NCBI RefSeq assembly: GCF_049060185.1
Contig: NZ_JBMEQO010000002.1
Reading direction: 5' to 3' (one strand)
Origin: Nannocystis pusilla
GTDB lineage: Bacteria > Myxococcota_A > Polyangia > Nannocystales > Nannocystaceae
Length of the DNA: 64,000 nt
Position numbers and translations under genes: made by a program. Shown here piece after piece: positions 46,596 through 58,320 of the stretch; position 1 is the stretch's first letter; the number at the start of each line of letters is the position of its first letter. The notes under the pieces were generated by a model, which worked only from the letters and a program-made list of their open reading frames with translations, did no database searches and had not been told where the DNA came from.

Positions 46596-48765
46596 TCAGC
46601 GGGCCGACGGCCACGCGTCGGGTCCGGACGCCGGGGTGCGGCGCACCGGGTTGCGCGGCTGCTCGTAGCGCGCGCAGAACTTGTCCCACAGCGACAGCAC
46701 GCGGGTGACCTCGGGGTCGTTCATCCCCTGGGCCATGTCGCGCAGGTCGGCCTTGCCCTGCTCGCACTGCTGCCAGCCGTCGGCGTCGATCCAGGCGCCT
46801 GCGACCGGCGCGGTGCCGATCGGCTGCGGCCGCGAGGCCATCAGCGCCAGGCGATCGGCCCACGCGATCAGCAGGCGCCCCTTGCGGATGTTGTAGGCCT
46901 CGCGCTCGATCTCCGCCAGCTGGAACGCCCGCTCCTCGACCATCTTCTGCCCCGACTCCGGGTCCTCGTACTCGATGGTCAGCATGATCTGGTCCTGCGG
47001 CCGCAGCTTCTTGCCGCGCGCCATCAGATCGGACAGGAACAGCTGCGACGTGTTGGCGAAGTAGTGGATCGCCTGCACGTCCTCTTCACCGCCGAGCTCT
47101 CCTCGCCGTAGAACACGTTCATGCGCAGCGACGGCGGCAGATGCAGCTGGAAGTGCACGTCCATCGCCGTCGTCTCGAGCAGCGAGATGAAGCGCTGGCC
47201 GAACACCGCGTCGACCTCCGCCTCGGAGCCGAGGAACACGTAGGCCCCCTTGCCGCGCTCGGTCAGCTTGTCGAGCAGCGCGTCGTTGAACTCGGTGCCG
47301 ACGCCGACGCCCGACAGGCGGATCTTCCGCTCGTCGTAGTACTTGGCGACCATCGACATGGTGCGCGGGTCGGTGTTGCCGGTGTTGGCGAGCGCGTCGG
47401 TGACCAGCACCACGCGGTTGTTGTAGGTGTGCTGGTAACCGCGGTCGGCCAGCTCGTAGCCGCGGGTCAGGCCCGCGTGCACGTCGGTCGACCCGCGCGG
47501 CTTCATGCGCTCGATCGCCTTCTCGAGCACCTCCGGCTTGTCGCGCCCGACCACGAAGTTCTCGACCGGCACGCACACCTCGTGGTCGAACAGCACCACG
47601 TTGACGAGATCGCCGGTCTTGAGCTCGCCCATCATCTTCCGCATGCCCCGCTTGAGGTAGTCCATGCGGCCCTCGTCGCTCATCGACCCCGAGCGGTCGA
47701 CCACGAACGTCAGGTTGCCGTTGCGCCGCGCCTGCTTGTCGACCGGGCGCCCGCGGATCGCCAGCGCCAGGTTGTAGATCCCGTCCTGCTTCGGATCCTT
47801 GGCGATCTCGGGCAGCACCGAGAAATCATCGGTCTGCGCCACCTCGGCCGTCTCGAACGAAAAGTAGTTGAGAAGCTCGTGCGGCCGGATGTGCTCGAGC
47901 GGCACCGGCAGGAACTTGTCGATGGCGAAGATCACCCGCTGCGCCGACGACAGGCTCATCGTGTCGTCGTTCGACAGGTACGTCGCCTGCCCCCAGTCGC
48001 TGTACTGGGCCTCGCCGTCGCCGATCTGCTGGACCGGCTCGTACGCGACCGAGTTCGTGTCCTCCGCCTCGTCGCGGGCCACCTGCGCCTCGGCCGGCGC
48101 CGCCGCGGCGGTGCCCGGGCGCTCTTCCGCCGCCTTGTCGCGCCCGCGGCCCGAGTCCTTCTTTTTCTTCTGCTCGGCCTTCTCGGCCCGCCGCATGTCG
48201 GCGTCCCCTCGCGTGTTCGCCGACTTCGACGCGGTCACCGGCGGCGGCGGAGGAGACTGCGGCGGTGCTGCGCCGGCGTCGAATCCCCGCTGCTGCCGCG
48301 ACCCGCCGCCCCTCGGCCTTGCCGAGCGCCCCGGCCGACGGCGTCGTCTGGATCGGCGACGGCGAGGGCGGAGGCGCCGAGCCGCCGCCGTAGGTCACCT
48401 GCTTGTACTTCGGCTTCGGCGGCGCCGGCTTCTTGATCGGCTTGGGGATCGCCCCGCCCGACGGACCGCCACCGGACGCGATGGCCCCGCCGCTCGGCCC
48501 GTAGCACTGATCGATCCGCGACATCATCTTCGGCAGCGCCGCCAGGTTCGGCGGCGGTGGGTCGCTGCGGTTGCGCGGCGGATGCGGACGCGCCGAGAAC
48601 GTGTGCGGCGCCGCCTCGTAGGCCACGTCCCCTTGCCCGTGCGCCAGCATCACGTTGTTGTTGCCGTCGGGCGTCACCGTGCCGATCGGGGTCACCGAGC
48701 TCGAGCGGCATTGCGTCAGCGCGAGCGGGGTCGCCAGGAGGATCCACTTCATCCACGGGTTCATG
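46596..48765 (-). CDS. VWA-domain lipoprotein (~720 aa, BatA/BatB-like architecture). At least 2 frame changes.
   Basis: MNPWMKWILLATPLALTQC...; VWA MIDAS: TFVVDRSGSMSDEGR...VVLVTDALANTG; C-terminal region from ORF 46596... Confidence 0.6.
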
Positions 48766-49063
48766 CGCGTCTCCTTGGGCCGGGACACGGGCCAGAATGA
48801 CAGCCTCGTGCCTCGGCGTGCAGCCCCACAACGCCGCCCCCGTGCCCGCGCTGACACCCCGCGGACACGGCCCGTGAGCGCCCCGGCGCGGCCGCGACCG
48901 CCGGGCGGTTCCGCCCCGGGCGCCGCGTCGCGCTCGCTGTTCACATGTCCCGAAGGACAGCTCATCGCTCCACCGCCGAACGCCGAACAAACTCACCGCC
49001 GCCCCGCCGCAGCCCCTGGCGTCCCGGCGGGGCTCGCGTCTACCATCCGAGGCTGCTGCGTCC

Positions 49064-50140
49064 ATGCTCGGTCCGACCTCCGCGCTGCTCCTCCTGTCGC
49101 TGGCCGGACCGCCCGCGATCGAGTGGCGCGCCCCGCCGGCTGCCCGACCCGCGACGACGTCCTCGAAGCTCTGGCCGCCCTCACCCGGCCGCCCGACCTC
49201 GAGGGCGTGCGCGTGCGCGGCGTCGTCCGTCGGGTCGCCGGGCGCTACGAGCTGCGGCTCGACATCCACACCCAGCGCCTCACCCAGCGCCGGGTCGAGC
49301 GCGCCGACGCCTGCGAGTCGCTCGACGGCGCCGCGGCTCTGATCATCGCCATCGCCATCGACCCGCTCGAGTTCGCCAACCAGCTCGCGCCCCGGCCCCT
49401 GAACCCGAGCCCGGACTCGAGCCCGCCCCTCCGACCCCCGTGCCACCGCCGCCCGAGGTCACCGAGCCCGCGCCCGCCGATCCCGAGCCTCCGCCGGCCA
49501 GCGATCCCCTGCCGCCTGCGCCGCCCCCGCTCCGCCCTCGCGTCCGCCCCCGCCCCGACCCGCGCGCGCCCACAAGCTCAGCGTCCTCCTTCGTGTCGAC
49601 GGGGCGATCGACGCCGGCGCCACCCCGACCATCGCCGGCGACATCGGCGGCGCCTTCGGCTTCCTCTACCACCGCCTCCGCGTCGAGGCCGTGGGCCACT
49701 ACATGCCGGCGCGCCCGCTGACCTTCGAGGACGCCCGGGTCGGCGTCGTCGCCCGCTGGGCTCTGGGGGTCCGCGGTTGCGGCCGGTTCCTCCCCGGCTC
49801 GCTCGAGATCCCCGTGTGCCTCGGCCTCGAGGGCGGTCAGCTCCTCGCCGAGGGCGCCGGCATCACCGTCGACCGCCGACAGGCCCGTCCGCCCTGGTTC
49901 GCAGTCTTGCTCGGCCTCGGCCTCGTGTGGTCGCCGCACCCGCGGATCGGCCTCGGCGTCCGCACCGACTTCGTCATCGCCCCGCTGCGGGCCCAGTTCA
50001 CCGTCAGCGACGAGCTTGTCTTCATCACCCAGCCGGTCGGCGTGCGCTTCGGCGGCGGCCTCGAGATTCGTCTCGGGCCGGCGCGCGGCGTGACGGATCG
50101 ACCTCGGCCCGGCCAAAATAATAAGTACCTGCCGTGCTGA
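49064..50140 (+). CDS. Secreted protein of unknown function with a Pro-rich middle region and a possible beta-barrel-like C-terminus. 2-3 frame changes. Its stop overlaps the ECF sigma start (GTGCTGA).
   Basis: MLGPTSALLLLSLAGPPAIEW...; ...GVRFGGGLEIRLGPARGVTDRPRPGQNNKYLPC. Confidence 0.45.
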
Positions 50141-50700
50141 AGCTTCAGCCGCCCATACCTGGCCCCGAGGAGCACGCGCAGCGCGGGTTCGCCACCGTGT
50201 ACTACGCTTACTTCGACCTCGTCTGGCGGATCCTTCGCCGCCTCGGGGTCCCTTATGACCAGCTCGAGGACGCCGCCCAGGACGTGTTCCTCGTGCTGCA
50301 CCGCCGCCTCCCGGGCCTCGACCCGCAGATCTCGCTGCGGAGTTGGCTGTTCGGCACCGCGCGGCGGGTCGCCAGCGACTTCCGCCGCGGCCTCCGGCGC
50401 CACGAGCGCCGGATCCAGGCATTCGCCGTCGTCCACACCCATCAACCGCGCGAGCGCGTCGCCGAGCGCGCCGAGGCCGCCGATTTCGTGCAACGCTTTC
50501 TCGACAGCCTCGACAACGACAAGCGCATGGTCTTCATCCTCGCCGACCTCGAGGGCTTCACGGCGCCGGAGATCTCCCAGGCCCTCGATGTCAAATTGAA
50601 CACCGTTTATTCGCGTCTGCGGGCCGCTCGGGCCGAGTTCGAGCGGGCCATCGCCGAGACCGAACGAGCGGATGGGAGGCAAGCAGCATGGAACCGCTGA
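50134..50700 (+). CDS. ECF (group IV) sigma-70 factor.
   Basis: Region 2: AQDVFLVLHRRLPGLDPQISLRSWLFGTARRVASDFRR. Region 4: MVFILADLEGFTAPEISQALDVKLNTVYSRLRAAR. Confidence 0.8.
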   Translation: MLKLQPPIPGPEEHAQRGFATVYYAYFDLVWRILRRLGVPYDQLEDAAQDVFLVLHRRLPGLDPQISLRSWLFGTARRVASDFRRGLRRHERRIQAFAVVHTHQPRERVAERAEAADFVQRFLDSLDNDKRMVFILADLEGFTAPEISQALDVKLNTVYSRLRAARAEFERAIAETERADGRQAAWNR

Positions 50701-51396
50701 GTTCGAGGCGCGGGCGCGCCTGGCCGCATTCCGCAGCGCCGAGTCGCCCGACCGCGCGATCGCCGACCGAGTCCTCGCCGCGCTCGAGCAGCGCGTCGAG
50801 GAGGGCGGCGGCGACGATCTCGACGACGAAGCCCCTCTCGCTCGCGCCTCGCCCCGCGGGTCCTCGCCGGCTTCGCCTTGGCGGCCGGCGTCCTGCTGGC
50901 CCTGACCTGGGCCGTCATGAAGAGCGGCGAGGCGCCGCAGACCCACGTCGCAGCCCCGTATCAGGCCCGCGAGGGCGACGCGGTTCAGACCGCCGAGTCC
51001 GTCCAGCGTCCCGATCCTGCCCGCGCCTCCGCGCCCGATCCGGCGCCCGAGGTCGCACCCGAGGCGCCTACCACCGACAAGCCTGTCCCTGCGGACACCT
51101 CCAAGACACGCCGCCCTGCGCGTGAGGACACCGTCGCCGCCGAGGTCGACCTGCTGCGGCGGGCCAAGCTGGCCGCGCCTGCCGAGCGCCTGCAGTTGAT
51201 CGAAGAGCACGCCCGGCGGTTCCCCGGCGGCATTTTGGCCGCCGAGCGCAGCCTGCTCGAGATCGAGGCCCGCTGCGCCCTCGGGCAGCGCGACGCCGCC
51301 CGCGAGTTGGTCGCCAGCTTCCCGCGGCGTTTTCCGGGCTCGCCTCTGGTCGACCGGGCGGCCACGCTCTGTAATGGATCGGCCGCGCAGCCCTGA
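50672..51396 (+). CDS. Putative anti-sigma factor. It overlaps the 3' end of the ECF gene and has a single TM (AAGVLLALTWAV). One frame change.
   Basis: Position and topology, plus ORFs 50672.. and 50878.. joined. Confidence 0.5.
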
Positions 51397-51408
51397 CCCC
51401 CGCGGCGG

Positions 51409-52990
51409 GTGAGACGACCCGTGCCCACTTCCCGAACGCACCGCAGCCCGATCGCCTCCGCGGCGAGGGCCTGCCTCGCCGTGGTTCTCAGCTGTCCTTT
51501 CGTACATCTCGGCTGCATCCTCGATCCCAGCCCGCTGGGCGAGCTCCCGGGCGACACCGACGGCGCTGACACCATCAGCATCGACACCCTCGTCGTCACC
51601 TCGCAGCACGTCGACGACACCACCGTCGGCCCGCTGCCGACCACCACCGGCGAGCCGGGCACCACCGGCGACCCGCCTGACGGTACCACCGGCGAGCCCG
51701 TCACCACCGGCGACGATCCGCCGCCGGAGACCGGCTGCATCGACGGCGGCGCCTGCGAGCAGCTCGACGTCCTGTTCGTCATCGACAACTCCGGCACCAT
51801 GGGCGAGGAGCAGAGCCAGCTCGCCGACAGCTTCCCTGCCTTCGTCTCGCTGCTGCGCGGCCTCAGCGACGCCAACGGTCAGCTCGTCGGCGCCGACGTG
51901 CACATCATGGTCACCACCACCGATGTGCCGCACCCGCTGTGTACCCCGTTCGAGAAGCCCGACTACGACGCCGCCGACGGCGAGCCGATCGACACCCCGT
52001 GCACCGACCGCCTCGCGCGGTTTACCGGCCTCGGCGCCGATCCGCCGGTGATGTCCGAGATCTGCACCTCGCGCTGCGCCGAGGCTGCCCCTCGGTCCCC
52101 ACCGATCCGTTCATTCGCTTCAGCCCCACCAGCCACAACGTCATCGACCCTGACGGCATGGGCGACCCCGCGGCCGACGCCCTCGCCTGCATCGGCCCGC
52201 AGGGCATCGACGGCTGCGGCATGGAGTCGCCGCTAGAGGCCATGCGGCGCGCGCTCGACCTCGAGGCGCGGTGGAACATCGGCGAGCGGCCCTTCTTGCG
52301 CCCCGGCGCTCCGCTGGCGGTCGTCATCGTCACCGACGAGACCGACTGCTCCACCCTCAACTTCGCCTACTTCGACCCCAAGCTGCACGACGACCCCGAG
52401 TTCAGCAAGTACTGGCCGTCCCACCCGAGCAGCGGCCAGCGGACCGAGCCCACCAGCGCCGTGTGCTGGAACGCCGGCATGACCTGCGCCGACGACGACG
52501 ACGACGGCGAGTACGAGTGGTGCATGTCCGAGGACAAGCACGTCCTCCAGCCCGTCACCCGCTACACCGAGGCCCTCGCCGACCTGCGCCACCTCCACGG
52601 CAAGGAAGTCGTCATGCTCGTCCTCGGCGGCGTCCCCCAGGTCACCGAGCACAACCAAGCCCCTCCGTTCGAGCCCCTCGCCGGCGGCGTCGACGCCCTC
52701 GTCTACCGCGACTGGCAGCCCGAAGACATCCTCCCGGGCGACACCGACACCCTGACGACAAGCAGTTCGAGTTCGGCATCGGTCCCGGCTGCGTCGGCCC
52801 CGCCGGCCAGGCCGTCCCGCCCGGGCGGATCCAGGAGGTCTGCCAGGCGCTCGACATCCCCGACGACCCCGACACCGCCGTCAACGAACGCGCCATGCGC
52901 TGCTGCATCGAGTCCGTCTGCGACAGCGACTACACCCCGCCCTCGGCTGCCTCGCCGGCATGCTGCAGCCGACCCTCCACGCCATGCCCT
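51409..52990 (+). CDS. VWA-domain lipoprotein with a Thr/Gly/Pro-rich linker and many Cys residues. 2 frame changes.
   Basis: LAVVLSCPFVHLGC...; VWA: LDVLFVIDNSGTMGEEQSQLADSFPAFV...; ...VIVTDETDCS.... Confidence 0.55.
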
Positions 52991-53100
52991 GAAGGACATG
53001 CTCTAGAGGCCATGTCCTATACGACATGGTCTCTCCAACATTCCTCATGGGACATGCCTTTATCGCCAGGTTCCCCGCCCCCGCGCATGTCCCTCCGCAC
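52975..53100. repeat. REP-like palindrome cluster (~5 units).
   Basis: ccctgaaggacatgctctagaggccatgtcctatacgacatggtctc...catgggacatgcc...gcgcatgtccctccgc. Confidence 0.65.
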
Positions 53101-53422
53101 GCGAGCGAGCGGCGCTGGAGGCATGCCTCCCCGCCGACCGCCCGGCCGGATCGCCGCGCTCCATCATCCGACTCGACGAGGAGCGCCCGCAGCGGGTCGC
53201 AGCCTCGTAAACATTTTGCTCACCGTTCAGCGACGCGCGCAGCGTCGCCCGTGAACAGGCGGAAGCCGACGCGGGCGCACGGGCAGCAAGTCGCGCCACG
53301 GCAAGCGCCGGCACGCTCGACGCCTCGCGCACCTCGCGGCAGCCGCCCAGGCCGGACAGGGGCAGGCAACGGCGACCTCGCTGTTGGCGACAGCCAGCCC
53401 TCCCCGCGCGCAGATGCCACGC

Positions 53423-53706
53423 CGGTAATGACGCGAGAAAGCGCCTGTTCGGCGGCCAGCCCTGGCCGCCGAACAGGCGCCCCATGACCTGCCCCAAAAG
53501 ACACTTCCCCATCGGAGCCCACGACGGCGAGGCGGCCTCTCACGGCTGCAGCCGTGCCAGGGGTCCGGGGAAGGGCCGGCCGCGATTAGAGACCCGATGG
53601 GTGCGAGGCACGAGCGCCCATCGGGTCGGTTAACTCGCGGCCGGACCTTCCCGGACCCCCGCGAGGCGCAGTCGGCAATCGCGAACCGACCCTGCCGAGC
53701 TCACCC
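53423..53706 (-). repeat. Copy 2 of the ~270-nt structured element, at the 3' end of the alpha/beta-hydrolase gene.
   Basis: Hairpins 53441..53480, 53541..53556, 53590..53626 and 53634..53664. See copy 1 at 23366..23640. Confidence 0.55.
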
Positions 53707-55775
53707 CGGATCGCAAACCCCATCGCAAGAGTTCGAGACCACTCCTCGAGCAAGAACGCCCCGAGGATCCCCTGCACCGCCGGATCGTCGACCGCTGCTC
53801 CATGCGCCCCGTTGTCCCCGCCAGCCGGCAGATTCTCGACCGGAGGCAGCGGCCCTTCTTCGTATCGACCTGCAGCAGCGCCGACCCTGTGAACCCTGGC
53901 GGAGCCTCCTCGATCCCCCACACCGGGTACACCGAGGGTCCTGCCATCCTCATCCCGTACGAGCGGGCCATCGCCTCCGACGCGATGTTTGCCACCTGCG
54001 CGTCCCCGATCGACTCGATGAGCAGCAGAGCATCGCCTGCCTCCTCGATCACCGAGCGGTACGTCACCGGGTCTGCCACGTCGAACACCGCCTGGTACAG
54101 CGCGAACAGGAACTCACGGTTCTGCGTGCTCGGCTGAGTTGCTGCCCACACCGAGTTCACCTGCTCGAATGCAGTCGAGCGCCACACCATCAGCGAGTAG
54201 TTCGACGCGCCGACCACCAGCACCCCGCGTCGCAGGTTCGGCGCCATCGCGGTCACCGTCGCCCCCATGATCCCGCCCTGCGACCCGCCGACGTAGTACA
54301 CCGTCGACGGGTCGATCAGCCCTTGCAGCGCCGGCTCCTGCGCCAGCTCGCCCTGGGCCAGATACGCCAGCGTCGTGAAGTTCACCGTCGACTGCACCAG
54401 TCGTTCGCCCAGCGTCCGGCCGCCGACGAAGTTGCCGCCGAGCATCCCGATCACCGCCGCGATGTCGGCCTCCGACATCCCCCAGAAGTCCGTCCCCGCC
54501 ATGATGAGCGACCCGTTCTTCTTCGCCACCGACTCTGCTTCCGAGCCCGAGCCGAGCAGCCCGTGCCCGTACACCGCCACCGGCGCCGGCGTCTTCGCCT
54601 CGTAGATCGCCTGCGGCACCGCGATCCAGAAGTTCGCCGTCGCAGTGTTCGAGCAGTCCGGCAGCCCCTCCAGATCGCGGGCGAACACGGTGCCGGGCCC
54701 GCTGTCGCCCTCCAGGCAGCTCGGCACCGTGAACGTCCCGCGCACTACCAGCGGCACCTGCGTGCCCGGGAACTCGCTCACCTCCGCGATCGAGTAGCCG
54801 AGGTCCCCCGCCTCCGCGCTCGCCACCACCTGCGGCATGATCGCAGTGAAGTCGCGCTGCAGGTCCGCCTGCGTGTTCGTCGTGAAGTCCCACGCCAGCT
54901 GCAGCGACCCGCGATCGATCCCTGCGGCGGCCAACGCCGCGAAGATCTCGTCGTACCGTTCGCGCTCGGCCTCGAGCTGCGGCACGTCCGTCGACAGTTC
55001 ATCGCGCAGCGCGCGGAACAGCGGCGACGCCGGGATCTCCTCGCCGTTTTTATCGCGCAGCCCACGAACGGCGACCACGTAGCGCTCGCCCGCACGCGGC
55101 TGCCGCATCGGCCGCACGAAGATCGTCTGTGGCTCGCCTGCCACGGCCGTCGCATCGACCTCCGCGAAGTACGGCCAGCGTTCCCCGAGCCGACCTCGAG
55201 CAGCACGATCGGCGCATCGTCGGCCAGCGAACTGCCGATGTCTGTGAGCGGCGGCAGAGACGTCCCGTCGATGGGCCGCGCCGACGCGAAGCGGAGCTGC
55301 GCGTTCGGAGTGAACCCCGGCTTCCCGTTGATGAACTCGTCTGCGGGGAACTCCGCCTGCTGCGTGTTCTTCGGCAGCAGCGCCGCCGGCAGCGCCACTG
55401 CCAGCCCGGTCGGGCTGTCGCCCGACGGCGTCGTGTAGAAGTTCGACGGCCACGGGTACACGCACTGACCGCGGCCTGCCGGGTCCCCGAGCGGGTGGCA
55501 ACCGGCCTCGATGTCCGCGCGACCCACGACCTCGCAGCTCCCCCGACACACGCGTCGTCCGTCCCGCAGCCCTCGGGGCAACCGTCCTGCGCGCCGGTAG
55601 ATCCGGAGCTGCCCGATGACGAGGTCGTTGGGACAGGTTCTGTCGGACCTGTCGTCTCGGACATCTCGGAGCTCGCGCCGGTGGTCGAGGCGCCGTCGGT
55701 CGCGCTGCTCGCGGCCGGATCCTGGCAAGCGACGACGCCGACGGTGACGAGGGATACGAGGCTCGATCTGCGCAC
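53706..55775 (-). CDS. Secreted alpha/beta-hydrolase-fold lipoprotein (~680 aa). GTG start; Thr/Ser-rich linker; GxSxG nucleophile elbow YVGGSQGGIMG. At least 3 frame changes; 3' end uncertain.
   Basis: VRRSSLVSLVTVGVVACQDP...; segments from ORFs 55050.., 54778.. and 53630... Confidence 0.5.
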
Positions 55776-55835
55776 GATCGACCGAGTACCCGAGCGCGGG
55801 CTCGACCGGCAACACCTTCTCGCCGGCCGACGGGC

Positions 55836-56365
55836 CTACGAGCCGGCGAGCGGCCGCGACCACACGCGGACGATCCGGTCGTCGGGCGTGCGCTGATACA
55901 GGGCCAGCTCGGCGATCGTGAACTCGCCGGGGACGGTCAACGAGAACAGCGCGCTGATGTCCGCGTCGGTGAGCGGCCCCGTCATGCGGATCGTGCAGTG
56001 GGGAAGAACGGGAACTGGCTCTCCTCGAACGCGATCCCCGAGTGTTTGAGCGCCTCGTGGAGGGCCATGAACGGCATCGGGTCCGACATGCTGAGGCAGA
56101 AGATGTCGGTGTCCGGGAAGCGGACCATCCCGCCGAGGCTCGCGCGGATCGGCGCCCACTCCTGCGCGATGGCCTCGAGCTTGGGTTCGACGCGGTCCCA
56201 GTGGAGCTGCGGCAGCATCGCGCCCACGCCGCTCGATCCCGTGATCGTGATCTCGGGCGGGAAGTCTTTGAGGCGCTGACAGTAGCGGCGACGCAGCGCC
56301 ATCACTTCCGACGCCTGCGGCTCGGGCAGGTCGAGGCAGATGTACGTCGGCGGGACGAGGTTCAT
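55836..56365 (-). CDS. 2H-phosphoesterase / LigT-like protein (~175 aa). One frame change.
   Basis: MNLVPPTYICLDLPEPQASEVMALRRRYCQRL... and C-terminal ...LPHCTIRMTGPL (HxTx motif). Confidence 0.45.
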
Positions 56366-56534
56366 CGCTCCACGATCGGTAATACAACGCTTTCGCGGGC
56401 GCGTCACGGCCCGACCTCGGCGCGTGGGGTCTTCTGCGGACAGGGAACCTCAGTAGACAGTCCCCTCACGATGCGCGCCGTGGACGCAGATCTTGACCCT
56501 CCCTTATGGTGGATCCCCCAGCAAGGAGCCGCCC

Positions 56535-58307
56535 ATGCCCAGGCAGCCTCGTTTCGCCCGCGCACCATCCAGGCCGCAAGGTCCGGGAGAGCTCGCGGTC
56601 CTTCTCACTCTCACGGCGAGCCTCGCCGGCGGTTGCTACCACGGCGCCGGCCAGGACCAGAGCGCCAGCAACCCCACCCTGACCGGCGGCGAGGATCCCA
56701 CCGAGACCGGCGGGCCCAACTCCGCCGGCACCGACGGCGATCCGACCGAAGGTACCGACCCGACTGACGGTGGTGGGGAAGAGTTCGCCCCGGCTCCCGC
56801 GCGCCTGCGCTTGCTGCTCGCACGCCAGTACCGGAGCTCCGTCGCCTATCTGCTCGGCGACGCCGCGGCCGCCGTGGTCGAGACCCCGCCGGACAGCGCG
56901 CTCAACGGCTTCGAAGCGATCGGCGCCGCCCAGCTCGCGCTCAACGATCAGGCCGTCGACACCTACGAGAAGTCGGCGCGCAAGGTCGCGGCCGCCGCCG
57001 ACGACGCCATCCTCGCCAGCTACCACACCTGTGTGCCGACCGGCGCCGACGACGAGGCCTGTCACAAGGAGTTCGTCGCCAACTTCGGCCGCGTCGCCTG
57101 GCGTCGCAGCCTCACCCAGGCCGAGATCGATCGCTACGGCGCCGTCGGCCGCGACGCCGCGCTGGCGTTCGGCAGCTGGGAGTCCGGCCGCGAGTACGCC
57201 GTCGCCGGCCTGCTGCAGTCGCCCTACTTCCTCTACCAGGTCGAGGTCGGCGAGCCCGATCCCGACGATCCGGCGCAGCGGGTGCTGACCGGCGTCGAGC
57301 TCGCCACGCGCCTCAGCTTCTTCTTGATGGACACCACCCCGACGCGCGAGCTCATCGACCTCGGCGAGGGCGACGGCCTCGCCACCGCCGACGCCGTCCG
57401 AGATGTCGCTTGGACCATGCTCGAAACGCCAGCCGCGCGCGGCGCCCTCGGCGGGTTCTTCGCCGAGGTCCTGCGCCTGCGCACGCTCGAGGCCCTGCCG
57501 AAGGATCCTGCCACCTTCCCCGCCTGGTCGCCCGCGCTCGGGACCGCCATGCGAGAGGAGGCGCTGAAGCTCATCGACGACATCGCCTTCACGCGCGAGG
57601 CCGACTTCCGCGACTTCCTCGACGCTCCGTACACCTTCGCCAACGGCCCGCTCGCCGCGCTCTACGGCCTCATCCCCGACCCTGCCGTGCTCGGCGACAC
57701 CTGGCAGCAGTTCGACCTCCCCGTCGACAGCAAGCGCGGCGGCCTGCTCGGTCAGGGCGGCTTCCTCGCCGCCTACGCGCACATCAGCAGCACCTCGCCG
57801 ACCCTGCGCGGCAAGTTCGTGCGCGAGGTCTTGATGTGTCAGGGCATCCCGGCGCCGCCGCCCGACGTCGTCACCGAGCTGCCCGTCGGCGAGGACTACC
57901 CGACCATGCGCGACCGCCTGGCCGAGCACCAGACCAACCCCTCGTGCTCGGGCTGCCACAAGCTCATGGACGACATCGGCTTCGGCCTCGAGAACTTCGA
58001 CGGCATCGGCGTGTTCCGCCTCGTCGAGAACGGCGTCACCCTCAACACCGTCAGCAACCTCGACAGCCTCGGCGAGTTCGACGGCGCCCGCGAGCTCGGC
58101 ACCCTCCTGCGCCAGAGCCCGGCGGTCACGCGCTGCCTCGTGCGCAACCTGTTCCGCCACGCCACCGGCCACCTCGAGGTGCCCGGCGAGGCCGAAGCGT
58201 TGAAGGACCTCGACCAGGCGTTCGAGGACAACGAGTACCGCATGAAGGAGCTCCTCGCCGAGCTCGTCGCCAGCCCCGCCTTCCTGCGCGTGGGCACTCC
58301 GGAGTGA
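56535..58307 (+). CDS. DUF1592/DUF1588/DUF1595-family lipoprotein (Planctomycete/myxobacterial PSD-type, ~590 aa). Intact.
   Basis: AAGGAG lies 7 nt before the ATG. MPRQPRFARAPSRPQGPGELAVLLTLTASLAGGC...; NPSCSGCHKLMDDIGFGLENFDGIG. Confidence 0.7.
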   Translation: MPRQPRFARAPSRPQGPGELAVLLTLTASLAGGCYHGAGQDQSASNPTLTGGEDPTETGGPNSAGTDGDPTEGTDPTDGGGEEFAPAPARLRLLLARQYRSSVAYLLGDAAAAVVETPPDSALNGFEAIGAAQLALNDQAVDTYEKSARKVAAAADDAILASYHTCVPTGADDEACHKEFVANFGRVAWRRSLTQAEIDRYGAVGRDAALAFGSWESGREYAVAGLLQSPYFLYQVEVGEPDPDDPAQRVLTGVELATRLSFFLMDTTPTRELIDLGEGDGLATADAVRDVAWTMLETPAARGALGGFFAEVLRLRTLEALPKDPATFPAWSPALGTAMREEALKLIDDIAFTREADFRDFLDAPYTFANGPLAALYGLIPDPAVLGDTWQQFDLPVDSKRGGLLGQGGFLAAYAHISSTSPTLRGKFVREVLMCQGIPAPPPDVVTELPVGEDYPTMRDRLAEHQTNPSCSGCHKLMDDIGFGLENFDGIGVFRLVENGVTLNTVSNLDSLGEFDGARELGTLLRQSPAVTRCLVRNLFRHATGHLEVPGEAEALKDLDQAFEDNEYRMKELLAELVASPAFLRVGTPE

Positions 58308-58320
58308 AAGGAGCACGAGT

